Of a stretch of 64,000 bases of DNA, positions 1-12,304 are shown one piece after another (within the stretch, counting starts at the first letter, position 1; every line of letters begins with the position of its first letter). Source of the stretch: Lytechinus pictus. Its lineage: Eukaryota. The position numbers were made by a program, and so were the translations under genes. Under the pieces are notes generated by a model that did no database searches, was not told where the DNA came from, and saw only the letters and a program-made list of their open reading frames with translations. The stretch is from positions 21,516,001 to 21,580,000 of the forward strand of contig NC_087252.1 in NCBI RefSeq assembly GCF_037042905.1, given 5' to 3'.

Positions 1-208
1 TTTACAAAATCGGGGTTTGCCTTGTAGTTTTAGCTTTTCATTCTCAATAATGGTTGTTTTCAGGGTTTATTAGTTCTAATACATGCACTTGTACACATGT
101 TTCATCTTGGTTTGAGAATTTTTTAAATCGGCTGCTCACAAAGTTAAACAATACCTTTAATGCAACTTTTTGCACATGTCCATGTGTTTGTTATGGTTTA
201 TCATATAT

Positions 209-626
209 TAGTCTCGCCTGCAGAGCAAAGTGGGATGTCCTATAGGCACCACGGTGGCGGCATCAACATTGAAATCTTAATCTAAGGAAGGTTAAGTTTT
301 TGAAATGGCATCATAACTTAAAAAGTAATGGACCTAGTTCATGAAACTTAGACATACATGTAAGGTTAATCAAGTATTACCGAACATCCTGCTTGAGTTT
401 CAGGTCACATGACCAAGGTCAAAGGTCATTTACGGTCAATGAACCTAGACCATTGGGGGGGGGGATCAACATCAAAATCTTAACCTAATGTTCAGTTTTG
501 GAAATGTCATCATTACTGAGAAATGATATGGATCTAGTGCCTGCAACTTGGAAATAAGGGTAATCAAGTATCACTGACCATCCTGCCTGCGTATTTGGTC
601 ACATGACCAAGGCGCTTCACTTGTTT
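209..626 (+). mobile_element. Helentron-associated non-autonomous element (HINE/DINE-1-like), internally deleted copy
   Basis: Starts GTCTCGCCTGCA like the 2551 copy, has about 2 internal repeat units (TTTCAGGTCACATGACCAAGGTCAAAGGTCA) and jumps to the family 3' end GGCGCTTCACTTGTTT; 3' subTIR lost. Confidence 0.7.
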
Positions 627-1199
627 CTGATATAAAATATGTTAACAGATGTAGCCTACAGGGTAGATCATCTGATTGCCAGGTATTGGTTCTTATATTA
701 GAAATTTATGTTTTGGATTTTTACTTTGTTGGTAACAATTGTATTTTCGTTCTTTTTTTATCAGTCTGCCAATTCATTAACCTATCAATCATTCTTATAA
801 TTTTGTTTTGGAGAAACGAAAATATTAAAAAGAAAATATTAAATAATCCTTGAATATATATATATATACTACGAGGAGGGAAAGAAAAAGCTTTGATAAG
901 ATTTTACATGATTTATTTCTGCCAGCATTTTATAGCATTTTACTTTCTCATTCCTCTCTCTCTCTGGATCCTTTTGGAATTTCCCGGGCTCTTTTTTATT
1001 TTTTTCATAGTTTTCCATGGCTCTATCGGGCACTTTTGGGGGTTAATTTGCCCTGCACCCTGTGCAATATTTTCCCCTCCTCTGTCTACATCTTTTTTTC
1101 TCTCCCCTCTCCTCTCATCTAACTTTTCTTTATCTTGACCATCTCTATATCTTTCATTTATTCAAACATTCCCTAATCGGGGGGGGGGGGGGGGGGGGG

Positions 1200-1428
1200 G
1201 GCGTCGTGGTTTAGTGGTTAAGACTGTCATCTTTCAGACTGAAGGACGTGGGTTCCATTCCAAGCCATGGCCTGTTTTCCTTCAGCAGGAAATTTACCCA
1301 CATCGTGCTGCACTCAACCCAGGTGAGGTAAATGGGTACTGGCAGGAAGTAATTCCTCAAAAAGCTGTGCGCACCGGAATCGGTAGACTAGCTTAGCCAG
1401 GGTAATATAGGAGCGCCTTGAGCACCTA
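1200..1428 (+). mobile_element. tRNA-derived SINE, family A (CORE-like body), 3' truncated
   Basis: A-box TGGTTTAGTGG, B-box GGTTCCATTCC, body TTCCTTCAGCAGGAAATTTACCCACATCGTGCTGCACTCAACCCAGGTGAGGTAAATGGGTAC shared with 7791 and 29426 copies; preceded by poly-G 1179-1201. Confidence 0.85.
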
Positions 1429-1544
1429 ATCGATAAAATTCTCACTCTCTACAAACTATTGTTTTCTCAGCTTACAAACAAGTTCCACAAACAAGTGTAC
1501 AATGTTCTACAGAAGCAATGTAGGAGGTGTATTAAGTGGGCAGG

Positions 1545-2033
1545 GGCGGGGGGGGGGAATCTTCACATTTCCAAACCATCGCGAGGGGGCAAAAACATTT
1601 GCAGTTTGGGGTGCACAATCGCCGCCATCAGAGCCAATTCGAACCCCATCAAGTAACATAATTACCCCATTCTCTGGTAAGCCTAGAATCTATAACACGA
1701 AACCAAATGGGGGGGGGGGGGGGTATCTTCAATTTCCAAACCATCATGAGGGGGCAAAGACATTTGCAGTTCTGGGTATACAATCGCTACCATCGGAGCC
1801 AATCCGAACCCCATCAAGTAACATAATTACCCCATTCTCTGGTAAGCCTAGAACCTACAACACGAAACCAAATTGGGGGTGGGTATCTTCAATTTCCAAA
1901 CCATCGCGAGGGGGCAAAGACATTTGCAGATCGGGGTGCACAATCGCCACCATCAGAGCCAATCCGAACCTCATCAAGTAACATAATTACCCCATTCTCT
2001 GGTAAGCCTAGAACCTATAACATGAAACCAAAT
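1545..2033. repeat. Three-copy tandem repeat, unit about 160-165 bp
   Basis: TTTCCAAACCATC recurs at 1568, 1733, 1893; CATCAAGTAACATAATTACCCCATTCTCTGGTAAGCCTAGAA present three times; units separated by G-runs. Confidence 0.9.
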
Positions 2034-2545
2034 CATAGTATTGAATCAACCCTGCAGATAGCATTTAAATCAGATAAACCCCCCCCAAAAAAAAAGAAGA
2101 AGAGAGGGCCTGCCGCCACATGCCCTGCAAGAATAGCTACAGAGGGAAGAAGATCTCGATTATTGATTACTAATCTCTGGCCCTGTTACTCCAAATCTGA
2201 CAAATTTATCCAGGTTAAATTGTCGTAAAAGGAAACGCTAATGCTTGTCTAAACACGGGTCTTATCATTCAATTTGGTCTTATCTCGTTCTCGCTCCTCT
2301 TCTTTCTTTTTTTTATTTAAGGCACCTGTATTTGTACCCTTTGGGCTACTGAACCATTTTAATGATTTGCTGAAAACATACTGAGTCTCTGTTACAGCTT
2401 GAACTTTTGAACATACATGGATTTGGGTATGTGGGGCAGTAGGATGTAGTTATATGAAGCTGAAATAATTGAACACTTACTTGTATCTAGTTCAAATAAC
2501 AATAAAAGCCACACTTGAAATTATATTAATGATTATTTGATTTGA

Positions 2546-3534
2546 TTTTTGTCTCGCCTGCATAGCAGAGTGAGACTATAGGCGCCGCTTTTCCGACGGC
2601 GACGGCGGCGTCAACATCAAATCTTAACCCAAGGTTAAGTTTTTGAAATGACATCATAACTTAAAAAGTATATAGACCTAGTTCATGAAACTTGTACATA
2701 AGGTTAATCAAGTATTAGTAAACATCCTGCTTGAGTTTCAGGTCACATGATCAAGGTCAAAGGTCATTTAGGGTCAATGAACTTTGGTCAAGATGGGGGT
2801 ATTTTTTGAATTACTATCATAACTTTTAAAATTTATGGATCTAGTTCATGAAACTTGGACATAAGGTTAATCAAGTATTAGTGAACATCCTTCTTGAGTT
2901 TCAGGTCACATGACTAAGGTCAAAGGTCCTTTAGGGTCAATGAACTTTGGCCAAGTTGGGGGTATTTGTTGAATTACCTTCATAACTTTGAAAATTTATG
3001 GATCTAGTTCATGAAACTTGGACATTAGGTTAATCAAGTACCACTGAATATTCTGTGCGAGTTTCAGGTCACATGACCATGGTCAATGGTCATTTAAGGT
3101 CATGAACTTTGGCCGTGTTGGGGGTCTTTGTTAAATTACCATCCTAACTCTGAAGTTTATGGATCTATTTCATAAAACTTGGGATATAAGAGTAATCAAG
3201 TATCACTGAACATCCCCTGTGAGTTTCAGGTCACAAAACCAAGGTCAAAGGTCAGTTAAGGTCAATAAACATAGGCCATGTTGGGGTAATTGTTGAATTG
3301 CCATCATAACTTTGAAAGTTTATGGATAGAGTGAATGAAATGTGGACATGGGTGTAGTTGACAAGTCTTAAGTCACCGTTCAAATGTCATCTATGGTTAA
3401 TGAACGTGGTATTATGTCATTATATGAATGGTATTTTTGTGAATAATTATTTTATAGTAGTTTTCAAAGTTAGCACTGCTGCTATATTAAATCGCGTAAT
3501 GCAGGCGAGACTGCCAGAGGCGTTCCACTTGTTT
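2546..3534 (+). mobile_element. Helentron-associated non-autonomous element (HINE/DINE-1-like), near complete, with internal ~163-bp tandem array
   Basis: Subterminal inverted repeat GTCTCGCCTGCA (2551-2562) / TGCAGGCGAGAC (3500-3511); 5' hairpin partner GTGAGAC; short GACGGC microsatellite; GAACTTTGG at 2779, 2942, 3104; small 3' hairpin GCC-AGA-GGC; T-rich ends, no TSD. Confidence 0.8.
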
Positions 3535-4317
3535 AGTATTAGTATTAAAGTAGTACGGAGTCATTTTTGCAGTGCACTTTGGATGAAGATATTCAAGTCA
3601 ATTGTCTTTGGGTGTGCCTGGATACATGAGTGTGCCACTAAAATGACCTCTAGATCTCAAATGTTGCATACTGTATATTTGATGAAAAGGTTTATTTGTA
3701 ATTCATGATAGTTTCAGTTCGTACTGCAAAGCTTCTTTTTATTAAAATATTAATCCGTCCATTTCTTTAGATTTCACATTATAGAAATACATGCTGTAAT
3801 GTGTGACAAATGCAAATAATAGTCTAAAACAATTGTATACTTTCACTGATGAGTAAATATTGAGCTCTTCTTCAGGACAAAAAACAATTGCATGATTATT
3901 TTCTCCAAAAATCTCAAAAAGTCATAAGTATAAAAGACATCAATAAGAAGAGAAAATAGACAATAATAGAGGGATTGATTTCCAGAAAGGTAAGAGGTAG
4001 ATTGTTGGTGACACCAGCTAAGAACATTCACCTCTCATTGGCTTGTTGCTGTCGCCACGGAGACGGATGAGTTCTGGAAACCAAATCATGATAGAAGATG
4101 CAATCATCCATCTTGTGAGAAACAGTTTTTTTTTGTCCCATTATAAACTTCGTAGAAATTGCTGTTTTTTCCTTGGTTTTACAAGAAATTTGGATATCGG
4201 AAATTTGCTAGTGTGTTTTCATTGTTAATACACAGGACACCATTTGTGTCTTTCTTTCATATTTCTAATAATTTTTATTCCATTTGTTTACTGATAATCA
4301 GTGCATTTATTTATTAT

Positions 4318-4804
4318 AGCGGAAGTTCACGCTGACAAAAACTTTGTTGTTGAAATAGCAGAAAAAATATTGGTGAAGGTTTGAGGAAAATCTGTTTAAT
4401 ATCAAAAAAATTATTAGAATTTTAAGTTTTTGATTTGTGACGTCATAAATGAGCAGCTGCCCCATATGTTATGTAATATAAAGTGCATAAATTTCATTTT
4501 AATGGTTTGCAATGACTTATTTTTTAATTTTCTTTTTAGGAGCTGGTGTGAAATCATTTGTGTATTGATATGCTGAAGGTACGTGAAAAATAATTTCAAT
4601 TTTTTGAGAAAATGAATTTTTTCATTGATTTTTTTACCATACGATATGTAAGAAAGCTGGCAGCATATGATGTCACAAATCAAATAATTAAAATTATAAT
4701 AAATTTTTCATTCTCTGATGGACTTCCCCCAAACCTTCACCAATATTTTTCATTATTTTTTCTGCTATTTTTACGTAAATGTTTTGTCAGGTTGAACTAC
4801 CTCT
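4318..4804 (-). mobile_element. Kolobok-like non-autonomous DNA transposon (MITE), diverged; inverted relative to 28464 copy
   Basis: Ends AGCGGAAGTTCACGCTGAC / GTCAGGTTGAACTACCTCT, flanked by TTAT and TTAA; long imperfect TIRs; interior is the reverse complement of 28464-28959. Confidence 0.8.
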
Positions 4805-5016
4805 TTAATTTATTCATTCACTAAGAATTAGTTCATTTATTTATACACTAAAAGACATGTCATTAAATATTAATTTATATATTTTTATATTTATTTATTT
4901 TTTTGAAATTTTTTTATTCAGTTAGTTAATTCATTCAATCATTTTTTTTATTCATATGAAATTTGTAATTTACCAACTCTTTAGGGATGCTTTTGAAAAA
5001 AAGTCCTATGTTTGCC

Positions 5017-5072
5017 CAGCAATATAGCTAGTTGGCCTCAAAGCAATTTGAGGCCAACTAGCTATTTTGCTG
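5017..5072. repeat. Near-perfect 26-bp inverted repeat with GCAA loop
   Basis: CAGCAATATAGCTAGTTGGCCTCAAA-GCAA-TTTGAGGCCAACTAGCTATTTTGCTG, one mismatch. Confidence 0.9.
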
Positions 5073-5162
5073 TAGCTATCCCCAATTCTGAAGAAATGTC
5101 CAACAAGCAATCTATTTTCTATACCATCAGGCAGTGCCACTTGTTCCCCTTCCTAACTTTAA

Positions 5163-5541
5163 CAATAAACTCTGCTGGTAACAACAGAGAATAAGTGTTT
5201 ACAGAATTGAACAAAGCTTACACACAATTATAAAATCCATAAATAAGTGTCAAACTATTTTTCAGGAAAATGTTTAATTACAGAGTAATGAGAAACTGAA
5301 GATCAGAAAATTTACTGATCATGCCCATGCGTATATAGTTTGGTCCCACATGTTGTGTCCTGTGTTAGCTACACCAGGAAAAGCATGTGGTAATGAAATA
5401 TAATTTCATGCAAGCCTGAATTATTTAAATTAAGATTTAGTTGTTCTAAACAAGCGTTCTGGCTTATGATACACACTTTAGGATTGCTTCCAACCATTTC
5501 CTAATGAAATTCTATTTCAATACCAGAACTTGAATTTAGCT
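5163..5541 (+). mobile_element. Old Kolobok-like MITE related to 36146-36540
   Basis: Flanked by TTAA both sides; right end GAATTTAGCT-TTAA like the 36 kb copy; left part (TGGTAAC..TTTACAGAAT..) loosely collinear with it. Confidence 0.45.
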
Positions 5542-6218
5542 TTAACCAGTGTCTCCTAATACACCATTGCACTGATCTCTCCCCAAAACCACCTATCATT
5601 TTGCTTCAACTTTGATTAAAGTTCAAATATAAAATGTGTACATCATCCCCTTCACACCGACTGACCACAATCACTTAGCTTGCCACCTAGCCCCGACGAC
5701 GATCCGGCATGTCGCCCCCATCCTACCTCCCGACGCACCTGCAGACCTTACGACCCTTAGCAGAGTGAATCACACCGTTAATGTCAATACAGTGCCCCGA
5801 CAATTACCTCGAATTTTGAGACTGCAGATTTCATCGCCGCAAAACGGGGAGGCTCTGCATTTTTTTTAAAAAAGGCATTGACAGAAATTGGCAGGTCTGT
5901 GTCGCGTTTGGCAGGGATTTTCAGCGCTTTATTTCATTTAGCGCGGGGAGTAGGTCACGGGGGCCGTGTTACTCACGGTTAATGCGTTTGGAAACGTCAA
6001 CGTTTAGCTGCGTAAATTCTTTTTGGAGGAATGTAATTTGGGCGGCTTTCATGCAGTGCAGTATCGAACAAGTTGAGTGGATGCAGTTTGCTTGCATCAC
6101 TCATGTTGTACACCGAATTCTCTTATTCGCTGTTACTGTTAACTGTTTTATAAACTACACCACTGTTTTCAGAGGACAGCACCAAGCACTTTAAATAGGT
6201 GTTGGATTCATGGTGTCG

Positions 6219-6725
6219 ATTCAACACCCACTGGTGTCTATCTGGTGTTAAGTTCAAGTCCCATGGTGTATATTATTACACCTGAATGTGTGGACTTTTG
6301 GGTGTGGTCCTTTGAAAACACTGGCAGGTGTTTGTGTAACACTAAGTTTTACAGTGTAGATTTAAGGAGGAGGATAAGAGGGGTTTGATACAGGGTATAG
6401 AATGGTAGGGAGGAAGGTTGAAGGGGCATGGAAGAGGGAGGAGGACAGGAGTAAGCAGGATGCCATAAGAAGAGGAGGGGTAAGAGAGTCAATTCAACAC
6501 CCATTGATGTTCTTCTGGTGTTCCGTTCAAGCAATTTAACACCTGAAGGTGTGGACTTTTACATGTGGTCCACTCTGAACATGGGTGTTTCTTAACACTA
6601 AGTTGTACAGTGTAGAATAGATTGAAGAAGGATGGGAGTGTGGAATGGTAGAAAAGAAGTTTGAAGGGAAAAGGAGGGGGGGCAGGGAGAGCAAAATGTC
6701 ATTGGAAGAGGGAGGGGGGGGGGGA
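6219..6725. repeat. Old two-copy tandem duplication (~273 bp) of a CACTG-type MITE end plus purine-rich flank
   Basis: ATTCAACACCCA at 6219 and 6492; both units contain ACACCTGAA-GTGTGGACTTTT, AACACTAAGTT-TACAGTGTAG and a similar G/A-rich tail. Confidence 0.75.
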
Positions 6726-6732
6726 GATCAGG

Positions 6733-7297
6733 CATCGTAAAAGACTTAGGTGTTTAAACTGACTGCATTAGGTGTCTTTAGGGGGCCACACCCTGAGGTG
6801 TAAAGTTACACCCTAGAGATTGAACATAACACCAAAGAGTGTAAAAGTAACATCCTAAAGTGTTGTAATAACCCTTGGTGTCCTTAGACGACCACACACT
6901 GAGGTGTTAAATTACACCCTACAGATTGAACATAACACCAAACAGTATTAAAGTGACATCCAAAGGTGTCGTAATTACAGTTCCATGACAATTGCTCGGG
7001 CGACAATTGCTCCGCAGCAACTACCACACATTAATGGAATGACCAACTTCAACCCTGGATTTACACTATAGGCCTACCCTCTCCTAAACTTTACCCTAAA
7101 TCTTACATAAAACCCTATTGTGGCCCTAATCCCAGCCCTATATCTTAGATGAAATAAAGCCTGGAACAATTGTCGCCGTAGCAAGTGTCGTGTCACCGCC
7201 ACTTGAGTAACATCCATAGGTGTTGCACTAACACTGGAGTAAAATGAATGGTGTAATCCTCTGTGTACACTGGTCAATATGACAATTTTTTCTGTGG
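6733..7297. mobile_element. Degenerate ACACC/GGTGT-rich MITE with ~107-bp internal duplication, interrupted by a Merlin-like insertion
   Basis: TGAGGTGT-AA-TTACACCCTA-AGATTGAACATAACACCAAA occurs twice (about 6794 and 6900); motif style shared with 9325-9567. Confidence 0.5.
6979..7197 (+). mobile_element. Merlin-like MITE with CCTAA-rich core
   Basis: Ends GTTCCATGACAATTGCTC-GGCGACAATTGCTCC / GGAACAATTGTCGCCGTAGCAAGTGTCGTGTCACC; same family as 45616 and 57679; TSD not retained here. Confidence 0.7.
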
Positions 7298-7790
7298 GGG
7301 GATAAGTGTGGGGCAAAAATAAAAAAATAAACAGAAGTAGGAACTTACTGACGAAAGAAAAAATGAATAGTTCTTGTCACTTCGTCGTTTGTAATATATT
7401 CCATGTGTAACTCTGACTAATGCAACAACTTAATTCAACTTGGGGCCAATACCTTAACGTCCCCTTTCACCTATTGCTGACATCTGAAATAACGATTATC
7501 CTCGTAAGTTGACCATCTCTTCGGTGACTAATAAAGGTGTGAGTTGCTGATTTATCTTCTTTCGACGAACATGCAATACTGTGGAGAAGGTTAATTAGTT
7601 GTTCTGTTCTGATGAATTCTTCAGCAGATTTTGAACTTTTAACTGTTGTTTCAGTACTTCATCTAATTCTAACTTTCTTTCTCAAGCACGGGGGAGTGTA
7701 GTTCACCGAAAAAGTCATCCAACCCCAACTAGTATTCTTAAAAGACATGGCTTTTCCAAAGTTGTCCTTTGAATGTTGACCAGAACAAAC

Positions 7791-8049
7791 AGACTCTCGT
7801 CTTTCAATCTGAAGGACATGGGTTCCATTCCAAGCTATGGAGTGTTTTCCTTCAGCAAGAAGTTTACCCACATTGTGCTGCACTCAACCCAGGTGAGGTA
7901 TTAAATGGGTACCGGCAGGAAGTAATTCCTCAAAAAGCTGTGCGCACCGGAATTGGTAGACTAGCTTAGCCGGGGTAATATAGGAGCGCCTTTAGCACCT
8001 AGCAAAGTGGATATGTGCGCTATACAAATCCTATATTATTTATTTATTA
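7791..8049 (+). mobile_element. SINE family A, 5' truncated, with L2/CR1-like tail
   Basis: Near-identical to 1222-1428; continues GCGCTATACAAATCCTATATTATTTATTTATT. Confidence 0.9.
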
Positions 8050-8544
8050 CCAACATATATGAATGGATGCACATTTATATGAACATTTATAGAAAGGAAG
8101 GGGAAGAATGTTTGAATAAAAATATAAGTTGAAGATGAATGGAGATGTGTAAAAAGAGGCGAGTATGGAAAATTGGAGAAAGGTGAGAGAAAAAGAAGAT
8201 CTTTGAAGGTTAGAAATTATATCTGATGCCTCCTGTTAGTGTGACTCATGTCATGTGATTTATTTTGTCAATCAAGGGTTTCATGATTTGATTACAATCT
8301 GATGTGTGTAGTTGCGTAAAAGGTGTGAATGACATCTTTTTGCTGCCAAGCCATTTTAAGACACTTGTTGTTTGATAATTTTTACCATTCAAATGGGTCA
8401 ATTGTTTTCAGAGATGATTTTTGTTGAAGCAGTTATAGATATAGGTTATGAATATGGAGGATAAAAGACGTATTATTGAGGAAAATTTGAGAAGGACTAG
8501 TTCCAAAATCCTAGACTTTAACCTGTCTATGTAGGTAAAAGAAA

Positions 8545-9010
8545 TCAGACATATTGAGAGAAAGATTGATAGAAAGTAAAAAGATTGTTAGACAGACAGA
8601 CAGACAGATAGACACATAGATTGATATTGGTTGGTAGGTAGGTAGATAGATAGATAGAACAAAAGACAAATGCACATGCAGAGGAGAGAAGATACTGAGA
8701 AGAAGAGATGGGGATACATGAATAGAAAGCGATTGATAGAAAGTAGGAAAGATTGACAGACAGAAAGACTAATACATCGATATAGATAGATAGACAGATG
8801 CAAAGATAGATAAATGGATATATAAGTAGATAGGTAGATAGACAGATAGAGAAAGAGAAAAGAAAGGTAGAAAAGAAAAGATACCAAGGAGAAAAAAAGA
8901 GAGATGGGAAGAGGAGGCAAGGGAGAAGGAGAAGAGATGCACTTAAAAAAAAACAGAAAAGGAGACATAAAAAGAAAGGAAGTTATTGAAGAGAAACGGA
9001 AGTGAAAGAG
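8545..9010. repeat. Degenerate (GATA/GACA)n and GA-rich low-complexity tract
   Basis: Direct inspection. Confidence 0.85.
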
Positions 9011-9324
9011 AATGAAATTCAGGAATCAAAATGGCAATCTTCAATCATCATTGGTCATCCTAAGTTCATCTAAACCTTGAAAGACCTGGCTGGCCTGGGA
9101 AAGGGTTTAAAATCGACTTGCACTTTTCATTCAATTACAGAAGTCTCCAAGATGACAACTTGAAAACAGTGATGTCTAAAATATGTCTGTTTTGTGGGTT
9201 ATCATTCTTTTAGAAGCAACCATACTTTGTGGGCATTATCATCAATTTATCTGCTTAACTGTAGCGGCTCTTGTTGGGTTTTTCAAGAAGAAAAAAAAAG
9301 GTCAATCTTAGATTACTTATAGTA

Positions 9325-9567
9325 CACTGCAAAAACTCCGGTGTTGATTTAACACCAGCCCGGAATCTATATATGTCCACACCAGAGAAGTGTTAAACAA
9401 CACTGGTTTCGGTATTAGTCTAACACCAGATAGGTGTTTATACAACACCAATTAGTATTAAAACAGCATCGGTTTGATTCCAAACTGGTGTTGTTTCAAT
9501 ACTTCTCTGGTGTGGACATATATAGATTCCGGGCTGGTGTTTAATCAACACCGGAGTTTTTGCAGTG
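9325..9567. mobile_element. Palindromic MITE with CACTG termini and TA TSD (CACTA/EnSpm-like or unclassified)
   Basis: CACTGCAAAAACTCCGGTGTTGAT..ACACCAGCCCGGAATCTATATATGTCCACACCAGAGAAGT mirrored at the right end; TA at 9323-9324 and 9568-9569. Confidence 0.9.
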
Positions 9568-10620
9568 TATGAAAGAAGACAATGTTTATTTCATTTCCCA
9601 TTTTAAGTCCTTCTTTGGAGTGTCGTGAATTTTTTTTGCAAATGTTTCTAATGCAATCATGAAGAAAGGTAAAGTAACGGGATGGAAATAGAAGATAGAG
9701 GGAAAGTACTGTAGTGCCAACTAAGGAAATTAGTTGGCACATTTGATGCACCCAGAATATAAAAAACATTCAAAACAATTTACTTTTATTAATACGGTTA
9801 AAAAGGGAAGAAATCTTGAACAATTAAGGAGTAGATGGAAACTGAAACATGAAAATTCAATTAATGAAATTGATAAGGTATCAAATCACAAAAATATCTT
9901 CACACTAAAACTTGTACCGATAAAATTTCAAAAATTCAAAAGAAAGAAATACACTTTAAATGGAAATATTTACTCTGTAACTAAATTGAGCAAGAAAATG
10001 AATACACACCTATGGAAATTATTTATGGACGCTATTTTCAGTTACCACTTGAATATGTTTACTTTCAAGCGAAGTAAAAGAAAATAAAAGATAGTGAGCA
10101 AGGTCGCCAAACATCCAAGCCCACTCTCAAGCTACACAACCCCTTTCTTTTTCCGTGCCGCCGCCGAGGTGAAAGCAGAATTGATGTCCTTTTCATTGTA
10201 AACCACCTGGGAGAAAATAAGTTAACCCCAATTTCGTGTGTTGACTGATAACGATCTGAGCAGCGAGTTCGTCTGCCGAACCGCTTAATTGGAATGCGCA
10301 GAGGTCAATGTCGTTTTCATTCATTCATGAGATAAAGAGAGATATAGAGAGAGAGAAAGGTAGAGAAAGAGAGTGGTTGATGTTTTTACCTGACTACTAT
10401 AAAGATAGCAATTGAAAGCTTGTTGGTACATTTTCAAACATGGGACCAATGGCTTTGAGACCTTTCCGAGGGACCTAGATGCTATGATGCAGTGAAGTCC
10501 TATCAAATATTCCTACCTTATATTGCGCAATATGCATACTATTTTCATTCTAGAATGAAGAAATAAATTATATTCACTGCAGCAACTTCCACAACTTTAC
10601 AATAACTTCACAAACAATTA

Positions 10621-10936
10621 GGCCCGTATTCTGAAGTCAGGTTTAACTTAAACTCCGGATTAAAGTTTGGGTTTAACTAAGGACAGCCAATTGTGGCAAA
10701 AATTTCTTACAGTGTTATTTCAATGCATCAGCTCATTTTTTGCTCCAATTATTCTTAACAGTTTCAGAAGAATAAATAAGATAGCTTTATTCACCATTCA
10801 CAAATAAGGAAAGAGGACAGTACACACAAGAAGGAAACAATGTAAGGAAACTTTTGACATATTTGGCTTTCCATAATTTTAGCACAGAGTTAATTAAACC
10901 ATGGTTTAAGTTAAACCTGACTACAGAATAGGGGCC
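10621..10936 (+). mobile_element. PIF/Harbinger-like (Tourist-type) MITE
   Basis: TIR GGCCCGTATTCTGAAGTCAGGTTTAACTTAAAC / GTTTAAGTTAAACCTGACTACAGAATAGGGGCC; TTA TSD both sides; second copy at 39152. Confidence 0.88.
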
Positions 10937-11458
10937 TTACAGTCTTGTACCTCCTGAATTCATGACATTTATTGATAAGAAATGTGATCCCCAATTATTT
11001 ATTGGTTTGATCTCATTGGTTTCTTTTCTGCCAACAGATCAAGATCAATATTCAGTAATCTGCATGATATTCATATTTTCTAGCAATGCAAATTATTTTT
11101 ATCATGCCGTACATTGATTATGAATATAGGCCTACTGAGTGGAAATGTGGAATGAACAATGCGGGTTTGCATTTCACTGTATTTGAATAGAAATCCATAC
11201 CTCTCTCCATCCTATTCTATGTTGATTAGCTATGCAGATGGATTGATTGTTTAATCTTGTTTTTATTGATATTCCATTAGCCCTGCTGGGAAGATAAATG
11301 CGTAGTCTTCATGGACTGAAAGATATCTATAGTGAGTTTTGTACTCATCATTTAGGATGAGAAAAATGATTTGGAGTGCCTGATTAGATGATGTTGTGTG
11401 AACATTGCTGTGAACATTTTTGTGCACTAAGATTGGAGAGTCACTGGTTGGAGCTATA

Positions 11459-11950
11459 TCATTATTACCACCACCACCACCATCAATATCGCCATCACCA
11501 CCACCACTTTCACCATCATCTCATCACTACCATCTTTATCATCATCCTCGTCATCGTCACCATCACCTCCATCACCTCCATCATCATCATCATTTATTTA
11601 TCATTATCCATCATCATTAACATCATCATCATCATCATCCTCACCATCATCATCCTCACCATCATCATCATCACCACCATCATCATAATCATCATTTATC
11701 CTCCTCATCATCACCACCATCATCATCATCACCATCACCACCATCATCACTATCATCATTATTATCATCACCATCATCATCACCATCATCATCATCATCA
11801 TCATGATCTTCACCATCACCACCAACAAAGTCACCACTATTGTCTTTGTCATTATCATAATCATTGTAGTCATTGTCATCATTGGCATGGTCATTATCAC
11901 CATCACCTCTACCATCTTCCTCCTCCTCCTCCTCATCATCATCATATTCA
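11459..11950. repeat. Degenerate (CAT/CAC)n microsatellite
   Basis: Direct inspection; explains the poly-His/Ile/Asp ORFs. Confidence 0.95.
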
Positions 11951-12083
11951 TGCAATGTTGTTATAAATCTGAAGTGAAATCTTAATATTCCACTACTTTT
12001 ATTACAATAACTTAAACTGCATTCCTTACCTAGTAAACACCCAATCAGCCAGTCCTTGCATTAATCTTCAGTCTTTTCCCCTG

Positions 12084-12304
<221 letters not shown>

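Noticed and set aside
1502..1981. 159-aa repetitive ORF
   Set aside because: Runs through a tandem repeat whose units differ by G-run length; frame is not preserved in the third unit.
2620..3350. Regularly spaced repeats resembling a CRISPR array
   Set aside because: Whole units are repeated with no unique spacers; eukaryotic context; no cas genes.
5640..6010. CpG-rich block that might be a promoter or decayed Harbinger element
   Set aside because: Could not define paired termini or promoter motifs with confidence.
6168..6186. REST/RE1-like GGACAGCACC
   Set aside because: Only one half-site, inside a degenerate repeat.
9734..10087. 117-aa Lys/Asn-rich ORF
   Set aside because: Composition follows A-rich DNA; no motif.
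11388..11985. His-, Ile- and Asp-rich ORFs up to 192 aa
   Set aside because: All frames are translations of a (CAT)n microsatellite.
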